64,000 bases of DNA from Piromyces finnis finn (GCA_002104945.1 MCFH01000023.1:186001-250000); one strand, 5' to 3'. Shown: positions 12,993 to 25,958, counted from the first letter of the stretch. Program-made: numbers and translations. Notes: generated by a model not told the origin, from the sequence alone.

Positions 12993-14684
12993 TTAATTTT
13001 CAAAATCACTTTCATCATCAGCATTACCAATTTCTTCATCATCTAATTGAATATCTTGAATTTCTTCAATATCACTGTCTTGAATATCATTGTTATCAGT
13101 AACAGTTTGTTGAATTTCGGAAATGATAGATTCTTCTTCACTTTCAGATTCAATTTCTTGAACTTCGTTATTGTTTGAATCATCTTCAATAACTTCATCA
13201 ATGTTTTCTTCGTCAGACATAACATCGGTTTCAACTTCATTACTATTAGTTTTGCTGTCAGGAATATCAGAAATGGTAGTTTCAGATGGAGTTTCAGTGT
13301 TTACACATTCTGGAGCATATTGGTTTTCTGGTAAACTGCAATCAATTTCAGAAGTAGTAGTTTCAGATGGAGTTTCATTTTGAACACATTCTGGAACATA
13401 TTGGTTTTCTGGTAAGCTACAGTCAACTTCAGTAGTTTCAGATGGTGTTTCAGTGTTTACACATTCTGGAACATATTGGTTTTCTGGTAAACTGCAATCA
13501 ATTTCAGAAGTAGTAGTTTCAGATGGAGTTTCATTTTGAACACATTCTGGAACGTATTGGTTTTCTGGTAAACTACAATCAATTTCAGAAGTAGTAGTTT
13601 CAGATGGAGTTTCAGTGTTTACACATTCTGGAACATATTGGTTTTCTGGTAAACTGCAATCAATTTCAGAAGTAGTAGTTTCAGATGGAGTTTCATTTTG
13701 AACACATTCTGGAACATATTGGTTTTCTGGTAAACTGCAATCAATTTCAGAAGTAGTAGTTTCAGATGGAGTTTCATTTTGAACACATTCTGGAACGTAT
13801 TGGTTTTCTGGTAAGCTACAGTCAACTTCAGTAGTTTCAGATGGTGTTTCAGTGTTTACACATTCTGGAACATATTGGTTTTCTGGTAAACTGCAATCAA
13901 TTTCAGTAGTTTCAGATGGAGTTTCAGTGTTTACACATTCTGGAATATATTGGTTTTCTGGTAAACTGCAATCAATTTCAGAAGTAGTAGTTTCAGATGG
14001 AGTTTCATTTTGAACACATTCTGGAACATATTGGTTTTCTGGTAAACTGCAATCAATTTCAGTAGTTTCAGATGGAGTTTCATTTTGAACACATTCTGGA
14101 ACGTATTGGTTTTCTGGTAAGCTACAGTCAACTTCAGTAGTTTCAGATGGTGTTTCAGTGTTTACACATTCTGGAACATATTGGTTTTCTGGTAAACTGC
14201 AATCAATTTCAGTTGTTTCAGATGGAGTTTCATTTTGAACACATTCTGGAATGTATTGGTTTTCTGGTAAGCTACAGTCAACTTCAGTAGTTTCAGATGG
14301 TGTTTCAGTGTTTACACATTCTGGAACATATTGGTTTTCTGGTAAACTGCAATCAACATTATGTGAAACATTAACACATTTTGGAGAATTCCTATTTTCT
14401 GGTAAACTACAATCAATAGAATGGCTACATGGAGTTGGAGTGGACACTAATGTAGTTGTAGTAGTTGGATAAGAAATACTGGTGGTAGTGGTAGTAGTGG
14501 TAGAAGTTGGGTTATTCCATCCCCAGTTCCAATTACCCCATGGATTCCAGTTATTCCAATCGAAACTCCAGTTATTCCAGTTATTCCATCCCCAGCCACC
14601 ATTATCAAATCCACTACATGGTCTTCCAAAAGTTTGTGAAAATAATACGATGGTAACACAAAGACAAAAGAATTTATTAAACAT
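12993..14684 (-). CDS. Secreted Cys-loop/Thr-rich tandem-repeat protein (563 aa)
   Basis: Signal peptide, W/N/G-rich segment, Thr tract, 15 DCSLPEN..PxC units, acidic C-terminus; intronless ORF with normal codon usage. Confidence 0.85.
   Translation of the reverse strand: MFNKFFCLCVTIVLFSQTFGRPCSGFDNGGWGWNNWNNWSFDWNNWNPWGNWNWGWNNPTSTTTTTTTSISYPTTTTTLVSTPTPCSHSIDCSLPENRNSPKCVNVSHNVDCSLPENQYVPECVNTETPSETTEVDCSLPENQYIPECVQNETPSETTEIDCSLPENQYVPECVNTETPSETTEVDCSLPENQYVPECVQNETPSETTEIDCSLPENQYVPECVQNETPSETTTSEIDCSLPENQYIPECVNTETPSETTEIDCSLPENQYVPECVNTETPSETTEVDCSLPENQYVPECVQNETPSETTTSEIDCSLPENQYVPECVQNETPSETTTSEIDCSLPENQYVPECVNTETPSETTTSEIDCSLPENQYVPECVQNETPSETTTSEIDCSLPENQYVPECVNTETPSETTEVDCSLPENQYVPECVQNETPSETTTSEIDCSLPENQYAPECVNTETPSETTISDIPDSKTNSNEVETDVMSDEENIDEVIEDDSNNNEVQEIESESEEESIISEIQQTVTDNNDIQDSDIEEIQDIQLDDEEIGNADDESDFEN
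13270..14415 (-). repeat. Coding minisatellite, 75/81-bp units (14 near-identical plus 1 diverged)
   Basis: Repeated core ACACATTCTGGAAC(A/G)TATTGGTTTTCTGGTAA on the + strand; encodes DCSLPENQY(V/I)PECV(NT/QN)ETPSETT(TS)E(V/I). Confidence 0.95.
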
Positions 14685-15247
14685 TTTGAATAGTTGTTAA
14701 TTTTTCTTTTTTTAAATTTCTAATTTTTTATAAAGTTTTTAATTTTGATTTTTAATAATAAATTAATATTTTTGTTTTGTTTTAGTTTTTTTATAAAATA
14801 AATAATATATACAGTAGTTGCTATTTTAACAATTAAAAAAGTTTTTTTTTTATAAATAAATAATATTATACAGCTATTTTATAATATAAAAATTAAAAGT
14901 TTTTTTTTTTTTTTGAAAACTATATTACAATAAAAAGGGAATTTTTAATTAATAAGAAATTTTTTTTTTTGTTTTTCTTATTAATTTTTATATTTTTTTT
15001 ATTCTTTTTTTTTTAAAAAAATTTTAATATTATTTTTTAGAGAATTAAAAAATATCGAAGGAATTTTTATCCTTTTATATTTTTTCAAAAGTTTAAGCTA
15101 TTTCCTATTTATAAAAAGATAATACTAAGTTTTTTTTTTTTTTTTTATTTTATTTTTCATATAATTAATTAATTATATTATTTAATAAATAAAATAAAAT
15201 TTTTCTTTTTATTTAATAAAGATGGATGATCCTTTTTTTAAATATTG

Positions 15248-15927
15248 AAACGGTCATTTTCTAATCTTTTTTTTTATTTTTTTGTGTAACAAAAACTTTT
15301 TTTTTCCATTTAATTTAGAAAATTATAAAATAAAATAAGGTAAAATCTTTTCATTTTCCATAATAAAAAAATATTAATTTAATTTTATATTAAATCAATC
15401 TTTTCTCTTTAAAAAAAAGAATTGTTGATAAATTATAAAAAGAGCCGTTTTTAATTATAATTTAAAAAAAAACTTTTTATTTATAATGAAAAATAAATGA
15501 AAGAAAAAATGGAATAATTTTTAATTAATAAAAATATTTTTAAATCTTTTATTAATTTCTGTAAAAAAAAAAAAAGATTGAAAAGATTATTTTTCAATTA
15601 ATAGTTTTTGAACCGTTTTTTTTTTCTAATTTATTTTATTATAATCGATTTAAAGTATAAACTAAAATTTTTTATATTTAGTCATTAATGAATAATTATT
15701 ATTAGTAAGTTGCGACATAAAGGGTATTTTATCAATAACATTTATTATAAATACCTAAAGAGATGCCTTCTGTTATTTTAACACTATAAGTAATAAAAAT
15801 TATATTTCAAATAAAAATTACAGAAAAAAAAATATAAAAATTAAAAATTATTTTTCGAAACATAATAATAATAAATAAAATGTACCGTTTAATTTTAATA
15901 TTCTATAATTAAAAGGAAAACGGTACA
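15248..15927. promoter_or_regulatory. Cluster of five AAACGG/CCGTTT sites upstream of the Cys-repeat gene
   Basis: Sites at 15248, 15445, 15613, 15885 and 15918 in otherwise G/C-poor DNA. The last two lie within a perfect 10-bp inverted repeat (TGTACCGTTT 15881-15890 / AAACGGTACA 15918-15927). Confidence 0.35.
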
Positions 15928-16757
15928 CTTTAACATTTTTCTATAATAAAATAAAACATTTTTTAAAAAATAAAAAGTCTATTATATAAGCATTTTTATT
16001 TTTTTTTTCAAAAAAAATAATATTAATATTAATAGTTTTAAATTTATTTCTATTTTATTAGTATTATTATTTTATTATGAATTACTATACTTTACATAAA
16101 GGAAAAAAAAAAAAGTTGTTAATCACTAATTCCTCTTTTTTAATTTTAATATTTATTTTTACTTTTTATAGTTTAATTAAATCTTTGAGTGATGAATTTT
16201 ATTAAATAATATTTTTTATTAAATTTTCTTTTATTACTGCGGCAAGTTTTGCGGTCAAAAATAAATTAAATTTTTAAATTTTATATATTTTATATTTGTC
16301 ACAATTATTTTTTTTTTAATTAATTTCTTTTTTTTTTTTTTTTTTTTTCTTTTGATGTGTCAAGATCCATCACAATATTTATTGTTATATTGTTAATTTA
16401 TATGTCAACTTTTAATTATTAGAAACAAAAAATGTTCAAAAATAGTAATAATTAAGGAAAGGTTTAAAAAATAATAAAACTAATTTTTTTTTTTCCAATA
16501 TTATTAATCTTTTCAATAATTTATAAAAAAAAAAAAGAGGTATTATTATTATAATGTATTATAATATTATGTATAAATGAAATAATTATTTTAATACTTT
16601 TTTTATCATAAAGATTAAAACTATACCAATCAATAATATTTTTTTTTTTTTTTTTTTTTACAACTAATATATATAAAATAATGATAATCATAATCATAAC
16701 TTGATACTTGATGGTACGAGGTAAAATAACTTTTTATATATAATTAAAATTATAGTG

Positions 16758-16760
<3 letters not shown>

Positions 16761-16838
<78 letters not shown>
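16761..16838. repeat. (TAT)n microsatellite
   Basis: Uninterrupted trinucleotide run. Confidence 0.95.
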
Positions 16839-16843
<5 letters not shown>

Positions 16844-17438
16844 GAGTTTAATTATTTAAAATGATGATTAGTCATTTTAAATAAATAAATACAAGTATAA
16901 ACATGTATTTTTTTTTTTTTTTTTTAATATATTGATAATGTATGATGTTTATTTTTAAATTTTAAAAAAAATTATATATAGATTTTAAAAGTTTTAATTG
17001 TTATATCAAAATAGTTTTATATAAATGGTTTTAATTATTTTTTTTTATATTGTAATACTTTTTAATTGTAATAGTAATATATACAAAAAATTGTATATTT
17101 TTTAAGGTTAATATACTTTTGTAGATAAAACAATAATAATACCATACAATTAATAGCTTTTCGAGTGAAGCATGCTCTAAATACAAAATGATAAATTATG
17201 AAATTTTGTTAATATATTCCAACTATGAGATATTAATTTGCTAATAATTAATGATTTGAAATATAATAAACTCATATCTCTTTAATTTTATATTAAAATC
17301 AAATGGATATGAATCTCTTATATTGATAAAAGAAAATAAAGATAATTTTGTTTTTTAATATTATGAAAGTCTCTAGAGTTTTATAAAACTTATAGTGGAC
17401 TTGAATTTTGTGAAACAATGGTAATGTCTTATAAAATA

Positions 17439-17842
17439 TTAATGTTTATGTGTGATATCAATAGTAAAGAAATCAGGTTTAGATCTTTCAGCAGGAAGAG
17501 CATCATATGGAATAGTAGGAGCTTTTGTAGTATTACTAGCATAGGATGTCGTTCCTCGAGCAGGAGAAGGTCCGCGTGAACCTTCTTCATGTGAAGTAGA
17601 AGCTGGCGTAGAACTAACATCAGCAGTACTATAAGAAGTATCAATTCTTTCATATGGAGGAGGTGAAGATTCATATGGTTGATTAGGAGCATGACCTGCA
17701 ACTATATAAGGTTGATACGGTGGATACATTGGTTGTTGATAATAAATGCCTACTGGTAAACCTGTACTAGGATCATAATTAAATCCAATAGGTGTTGCCA
17801 TTGGTGTTGATGTTGTAGTTGGTATTGTCTGATTGCTGCTGC

Positions 17843-17926
<84 letters not shown>

Positions 17927-20039
17927 CATTATTATGATCATTATGGTATCTGTTGTTGTTACTATTATGACTATTACTATTATTACTGTTACTATTATGA
18001 CTGTTACTATTATTGCTGTTACTATTATTACTGTTATTATAACTATTGTTATTACTATTAGTATTACTATTAATATTACTATTATTATTGTTGTTATTAT
18101 TAGTATTATTACTATTATTGTTATTATTAGTATTAGTGTTATTACTATTGTTATTGCTATTATTACCATTATTGTTGTTGTTGTTGTTGTTATTATTATT
18201 ATTATTATTATTACTATTATAATTATTATTATTACCATTATAATTATTAACAACAAAAACAACTGGTTTATCTTTATAATTCTTTTCTGTATCAATATTT
18301 CCTATATCATCTAAACGCGAAGATTTAGTAGTAGTAGTAGTAGTTAAAGGATAATCTGGTTCAGTATCATTATAACAACAACAACAACAAATGCTAGCAC
18401 ATTCAGAAAGACCTATACTAACATAGGTAAAGCATTTCCAAAATAATGTACAAATTATAAATAAAGCTGCGATAATGACTACTAAGGTTATTATTACATT
18501 TAATACTACGCTAAAATTAATACCAGTATTTCTTTCCCTCTTAGAATTGGCTTCATTTTTAAGTTCTTTACTATTTGGGTTTGGATTGCCATTTCCTAAA
18601 TTAGTACTTTTAATATCATCTTCCACACAATTATAAAGACCAGATTTGCATTTTGAACTCTTTAAATTACATAAATTAGTATTTCCATATTCACATGTTC
18701 TAATATTCGATAATAATGGAACATATCCTGTTAAATTATTACTATCTAAATAGCTTTTTTAATTGAATTAATAATAAGAAAATAAAATAAACCTTTAATA
18801 TTACTCTTATATACTTTTTATAAAACTTTTTTTTTTAATTTTTTTATAAAAAAAAAACATACAGTGTTTCAAGGTTTTCTAAATTCTTATATTCATACGG
18901 AATATAACCTTCAAAATGGTTATCTTTTAAATTTCTTCAATTATTATTTAATTAATATTATTTCAATGATATACATATATGTTAATCATATTTTCCTTTT
19001 CTAAAAGCTTTATATCTTGAAATATATACAATATATCTTAATTTAAAAAAATATTTTATTTTTACTTACAAAAATTTTAAATTTTTTAATTTACCAATAC
19101 TACTTGGTAGTTCCCCATTCATAGAATTATAAGAAAGATTTCTATTTTTTAAAATATAAAATATATTTTTTTAATTATTCATTATTTATGATTTGTAACA
19201 ATATAAATAATTTATTAAATAATTGTTTTTTTGATTAAATATTTCTTTTTTTAAAAAATATATATATTAATATACATACAATTTTTCTAAATTTAACAAA
19301 TTTCCAATTTCACTTGGAATTCCTTTATTACCTAAAACTGAATAACTATCTGTAAATTCTCTATTATTTTTAAAGGAAAAAAAAATATTTAATAACATAA
19401 ATTTTCATTTTGAAAATATATATATGTATATATTTTTTAAAAATATATTAAATTTATATTTATTTCTTACAATATTTTCAATGATTTTATATTTGCAATA
19501 GTTGCAGGTAATCCAGAACTGTATAAAGGACTAGATATTTTCTCTAATTGACTAATTTTTTTTAAAATATATATAGAATATTAATATCTGCTTCTATCTT
19601 TTTAATTTACAAATACTTTTTTAAAAATAATTCTTACAGTTTTGATAAATTTTCCAATTTGGACAAATCATTAAAAAAAGTTCCTAATTCCATATTATGA
19701 TAACTGACATCGGAAAAAGTCCTAATAACATAAAATAATATATATATAATTTTATATTATACATTATCAGTTGAAACAATAAACTTTTCAATGTTTGATT
19801 TTTTTTTTTTTTTTTTTTTTTTTTTATACTAACAAAGAAACAATTTGTTTTTCAGAGTTACAAGCAACGCCTTTTTGCCAACAACAATTTTTAGCTCCTC
19901 CTATTTGAGTCTTTAAATTACTACTAAAATTAGTTAGGGCATTGGTAAGAATCTCACAATCATTAGCTAATACATTTTGAATATTTAATCCAAAAAGGAA
20001 TATATTCGCTAATATAAAATAAAGATATTTTGAAGGCAT
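17439..20039 (-). CDS. LRR receptor-like single-pass membrane protein (7 exons, predicted 636 aa)
   Basis: Exons 20039-19834, 19721-19638, 19551-19471, 19360-19280, 19141-19070, 18934-18863 and 18753-17439, all with GT..AG introns, sum to 1911 nt in one frame. Encodes a signal peptide, Cys cap (DC..NCC..GVAC), plant-type LRRs (IPSEIGNLLNLEKL; NLSYNSMNGELPSSIGKLKNL; YLDSNNLTGYVP), C-cap Cys, TM, CCCCC, poly-Asn and a PPPY tail. Confidence 0.88.
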
Positions 20040-22595
20040 TTTTTTTTTTTTGATAAATATTATTTCTAATGAAAACTTTTAATTATTTATTTCTTTTCAC
20101 TATATTTATTATTTTTTTCTTTTATTCATCCATTTATGTAAATAGTAAAAATAAATTACTATTACTATTTTATATTTTAATAACAATAATTTTATTTATT
20201 TATTTATTTATTTACAATATTAAGATAAACAAAAACTAAACCACTTTTGTATTATTATACTATTATACTTTTAAATATTCTACTTTTATTTTTCTTTTTT
20301 GCTTATGTTTTGATACTAAAAAGTGGTTATAAATAAATATCATAATATTAGTTTTTTTTTTTTTTTTAATATGATTAAAAAATCTTTTTTAGAGTTTTAA
20401 TGTTGATGATGATGGTAACAATTCTATTTGTTACTTCATTTATATTACACAACAACCTTATTTAATAATAATCGAATAAATAAAAAAATAAAATTAATAT
20501 GTTTTATATTGTATTAAAACCTTAATAAATATAAATTTTAATTTAGAGTGTTACATATTTTTTTTTATTATTCTTATTAAATTAACAGAATAATAGTATG
20601 AACATTGGGAACATGACTGAAAATAAAATAGCTACTTTATATTTTTTAATAAAATATTTTAGGATCAAATAGAATATTCAAAATATCTATATGTATATAT
20701 ATATTTATATATGTTTATTCACAGGTAATTAAAGGTATCTTTATATATGATATATCTTAATTATTAAATACTCTTAGTTTGATTATATTTTAATAGAATT
20801 TTAATGTGTTTAATCTTTTAAATATAAAATTGCATATTTTAATATAATATAAATCAAGTATTAATTAAAAAAAGTTTATTTAAAAATCATTTAGAAACTT
20901 AAAAAGAATTAATTATTTAAAGGATTAGGATTAGGATAAATAATTCTTTTACTCTACTTTATTGTTAACTATCCTACGTTAAATAATGACATAATTCATA
21001 GATAGATTGAATACTTTTCTTTTTATACTATTTTTACATGCAATTGTTCTAATAATTTATATTTGTATTAAGCAACGAAAGAGTTTCAACATTAGATATT
21101 GCTTAATAGAAATTTCTATTTAATTATTTTTTTTTAATTAAAAATATATTGACATTTATTAAAAGTGCTAGAATATGTGAAACGTTATGACACACAAGTA
21201 TTGAAATGTATTTATATGTATTGTATTTGATTAGATGTCTAAGCCATAATGTAGATGTATAAATACATGTAGTTTGAATTAGATGTTTACAAAAAGTAGT
21301 TCTTTATCATAAAAATATATTAATAAAGTTGACATAATTTTAAAAACCTAAATTAACAACTCCTAATAAATAATTATAAAAGTAGTTATTACGTTTTAAC
21401 CTTTCTAATATGTCAATGTACAACAATGTACAATCATTCGTTAGTTAAGGATTATATGGAATGTCTATAACAAAGAATGTTAATTTTTATTTATATAAAT
21501 GGATATAAATAAAAATTAATAGAAAGCGTATAATACATCATACTTACTAAAAATTAAAATTTTCATTAATTAAATACTTTAATAATAAAATATAAAAACA
21601 TGTTATTATTTTCAAAAGGATTGTCAATTTTTTATTTATATTTATAAAACAATTTTTTTTTTTTTTTTTTGAATAAAATATTAAAATATTATTAATTACA
21701 ATACATTTTTTTTAATACCTTTTCCTATAGTTCATAAGTTACTTTTTTAAAAAGATTTTATTCCCATTTAATCTAATAACTTTAAACATATTTTTTATTG
21801 ATCTTTTTAATTTATCAGTTTAATTGTTTATGGTAGTATCTATTCTATTTATTAGATTAAATTTTTGAAATTAAATAGGGAAAAAAAAATTACATTATTA
21901 ACAAATAAATAACTTTAAAATATACCATAAATATTTAGAAAAATATCTTTTTTTAATAATTAAAATATGTAAATTGTATAAAGAGGAAGGCTAATTTAAT
22001 TATGTACCATAAATGAAATAATAACAATAATATATATTTTCAAAAAAATTACTCTAAAAGATTAAAATAAAAATTATTAATATAAATATATATTTATATT
22101 TTAGATTAATATATTATTTTTTTTTTCATTATGTAGCAAGGTGATTATTTTTAGATTATGATAGATTTGTTTTATAATTTAATAAAGTATATATAATGAC
22201 AATGTATAAAATAATTATTATTAAAATGTTATAATTATGAATTTATTTTTTTTTTAATTAAATAAAATGTTATATATTACTGTTTAATGTAGTATATATA
22301 TAATATATTATATTACATTAATAAGAATAGCAATTATTATTATAATAATAATTATTATTCTTACTAATCCATATTTAATTATACTACCCTATAAATTAAA
22401 TTATTATAGATTTAAAAAACATGCGTAGTTAAAATATATAATTTTTTATAATAAAATATATTTAATTCATAAAAACTTAATACTTATTATAATAATAATA
22501 AGGATAATTATAAAAATAAATATTTTATACAAGAAAATTATTTTTTTTTTTCATTAATTATATTTTGTATATTATTCTAAAAAATTAAAGATAAA

Positions 22596-23756
22596 TCAAA
22601 CATTATTTTTGTTGGTATTTAATTTCATATATATTTCTTTTATATTTTCAACTTCCTCTTTATCCTTTTTTTCTTTTATTTTATCCTTTTTTGATAGCTT
22701 CTTTTCCAATATTCTTGGAATACTGTTGACTTTTATATACTTGAAGAGATAATATCTAAATAAATCAATAATAGAGGAACACATATATATAGTAAGAGCA
22801 GTACCTAGACCTTTTAATATTACCATATGAATTGGGTCTTTAGCATAGCTTGCAAACTTGTTTGTTAAAAGTTTATGAATTATTGGATGTTCATGAATAA
22901 GATAAACACTAAATGAAATGGAGCTACATAAAACAATGAATTTTTGTATTGTCTTATTTGCAATAGTGATTTGAGAGAAAAACATAAAAATTCCAAAAGC
23001 GGATAATATAACAAAAATATTATCATATGAAAAAAAGTTTATTTCATCTGTGAATATTGTAGTCCATATACAAATAACTGAAAATATGTATAAAATAAAT
23101 GATTTAACTTTTGAAAATTTTACTGGATATAATTTAAGATAAGCACCAATGATGTATAAACAACCTAACCATAAAGGAGAATATCCTCTTTTTGTTTCAA
23201 ATACATCGACTTTAAATTTACTAATTATAGATGATAGCGAAAATAAAATAATTATAATTATAATAATATTTCTGTGATCTTTTTTACTTATTGCATGTAA
23301 CATTTTGTTTATATATGGAATAAAGAAATATAAACCAAAATAGGAAGTATAATACCAATATGCCTTACTAATTGCAGGAAAAAATATTAATTTTATTAAT
23401 AGTGAGAAAGATACTTGATAATATTCAGATAAGTAGGGAATAAATTTAAATAATATTCCTATTATTGAAGAGTAAAAAACTACTGTTAACCATAGTGGAA
23501 TCATCTTTAAAGCATTACATTTAGAGTTTACAATTAAATAACCAGAGACCATACCAAAAATATTTACAGCTGAGTATGCTGCAGCCTTAATGAAATAAGC
23601 AACAGCATATTTTGTAGTACCACTTTCAATATTTGCTATTATTCCACCATTTCCAAAAGTATGAAGTATAACCACCATAAACATAGAAAGAATTTTTAGA
23701 ATATCAATTCCATAGTTTCTTACTCTTTTTTGTGGTACCCGTATTGATTGTTCCAT
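22596..23756 (-). CDS. Acyltransferase family 3 (OafA/YrhL-like) integral membrane O-acyltransferase, bacterial type
   Basis: N-terminal RNYGIDILKILSMFMVVILH motif, AVNIFGMVSGY, AYWYYTSY and SFSVYLIHEH motifs, about 10 hydrophobic segments; intronless. Confidence 0.85.
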   Translation of the reverse strand: MEQSIRVPQKRVRNYGIDILKILSMFMVVILHTFGNGGIIANIESGTTKYAVAYFIKAAAYSAVNIFGMVSGYLIVNSKCNALKMIPLWLTVVFYSSIIGILFKFIPYLSEYYQVSFSLLIKLIFFPAISKAYWYYTSYFGLYFFIPYINKMLHAISKKDHRNIIIIIIILFSLSSIISKFKVDVFETKRGYSPLWLGCLYIIGAYLKLYPVKFSKVKSFILYIFSVICIWTTIFTDEINFFSYDNIFVILSAFGIFMFFSQITIANKTIQKFIVLCSSISFSVYLIHEHPIIHKLLTNKFASYAKDPIHMVILKGLGTALTIYMCSSIIDLFRYYLFKYIKVNSIPRILEKKLSKKDKIKEKKDKEEVENIKEIYMKLNTNKNNV

Positions 23757-25958
23757 AATTATTTTATTATCTTTAACTAATTCTTTCTTTACTTTCTTAT
23801 ATACTATGTTCTTTTAGAATTAACAGTAATTAAAAAATAATAAAGGAATTTTTTTTTCTTTTTTATATTTTAATTAATATATTAAATAATACATTAAATA
23901 GATAAATAACACATAAAAATTACTAAATAAAATTAAATTTTATGGGAAAGGAATTCAACTTTATTTGATAAGATTTTTAAAAAATTTAATTAAAACTTAT
24001 ACCAATCATTTTTTAGAAACCATGAAAAAAATTTTTTTTCTTTTACTATTTATAGGGAAATAATTATTTACATTTAATTAAACTGTAATATACATATACA
24101 TTCATCTAATATATTAGTTCAATAGAAACATGATAACTTCATTTAATATATCATTCATATTAATTTATACAAAAAATTATTAATAGTTGTCTTATTTTAT
24201 TATATATTATTAATTTATTATATAATATATAAGTTATATATAATATTTATATATTATTCTATTGATAAATTATAAATTAATATGAAAAGAATTTCTTTTC
24301 ATTTTATTTTGGGTATATTAAATTTCATTTCCAGGGTAAACCTTTCTTTTATTCCAACTATTTCAAAAAGAACAATTAAAAAGTTTGTTTTTTCTTTTAC
24401 ATTTTATATTAAGCAATTCATTATTTAATGTAGAAGTAATAGTATATAATATATAATATATATAGTATACTATGATAGTCATTCTACAACAACAATAATA
24501 ACAACAAACCTTTTTTTAAAATTCAAAGTTTATACAATTTTTAAAATCCTCTTTTTAAATTATTGCAAGATATATCTTTTATAAATACGTTATATTAAAA
24601 TGTATTTATTTTGATTGAATGACAATTGAATGGCTTATTTTATAGGAAGAAAACACACTATTTAATTTTTATAAAATACATAATATTCTGTAATAAAAAA
24701 GACAATTAAATAGATGCTAAAATATTATTAGTACAATGTTATTAAAATATATAAGAATAATAAAAAATAATAATAAAACTTTATTTTTTTATTAAATTAT
24801 ATGTTTCATTAAACTTGTATTTAATTAAATGTTTAATATGGGGTTTTAATTGGAAATATGAATAATATTTATATTTATATAATATATATTTGAAATTTAT
24901 TTAGTTTATCTCTTTTATATTTTATCTTTATTTTTTTATTATTATTAAAAAATACGTTCAAAAAAATTACACTACTTTCTTTATTATATAAATAGATAGA
25001 CAAATTGATTATGGAATATATTTTTAAAATTCAATTTTTATAATAGTCTTTTTTTATTATTTTTATTAAAGTATATTAAAATTTTATATTTTATATTCAA
25101 TATAAATCTAACTTTTTTTTTTTTTTTTTTCCTATTCACAATTATTAATTTTAAAGTTTATAAAGTTTTGTTTAGCCTTGTTTTAACTTTTATAATAAAT
25201 ACTTCTTTTTTTTATTTATTTAATTTAATGATGATAGGAATTACGCCATGTTTTTTTTTATACAATACTCTATAACGATTAAATATAAAATTATTATTAA
25301 TATTGCTTTTATATAATTGTGAAAATTTTAAACAATTGAATAAAAAATAAGTACAGAAGTAAAAAAAAAATAAGTACAAAAGTAAAAAAAAAAATACTAT
25401 TCTATTAAAGTATTGAAGGAGCATTCATTATAAATATATTTCAAAGTAGGTAATATTATGTATAAAGAGAAAAAGATATAAAAAATAATATCATTTTAAA
25501 AAGCAAAGTTTAATTAAACATTTTGATGATAATAAATTATATATTATTTATATTTGATTATTTATGATTATAAAAGAAGATTGATGTTAATTAAATTATT
25601 GGTTAATCAATTAATATAAAGTAATGTTTTGATCATTTACTAGTTTTTATGGTTATAATAACAATGTCATTTAAAAAAACATCTTAATTTTAATTTTTTT
25701 AAAAAATTATATTTTTTAATAATATTAGATTTTCTTTTTCTTTGTTTTATATTTTTTTAGTTTTATTGATTATTTATAAATAATAGTAGTATTATATAAA
25801 TGTTTAAAATTCTTAATGAAATTTACTCCCCCCCCCTTAACAACCATTTAAAAATTTTAAATAATAATATTATTTATAATGTTTTTTATATATACTGAAA
25901 AAAGTTACCAAATATTTTTTATTAATAAATACAGAATTATAATTAACACTTTTTTTTT

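Noticed and set aside
13270-14415. CRISPR-like repeat-spacer array
   Set aside because: The units are contiguous coding repeats with no unique spacers, in a eukaryotic context with no cas genes.
13043-14700. Several 65-73-aa ORFs overlapping the Cys-repeat gene
   Set aside because: Frame and antisense shadows of the minisatellite.
17750-18314. Poly-Ile/poly-Tyr ORFs at 17750-18295, 17819-18061 and 17934-18314
   Set aside because: Alternative-frame and antisense translations of the poly-Asn coding tract.
20400-21500. Patches of slightly higher GC (VDDDGNN-like peptide; GGATTAGGATTAGGA) suggesting a gene or TE relic or telomere seed
   Set aside because: Multiple stops in all frames and no diagnostic motif; the repeat has under three units.
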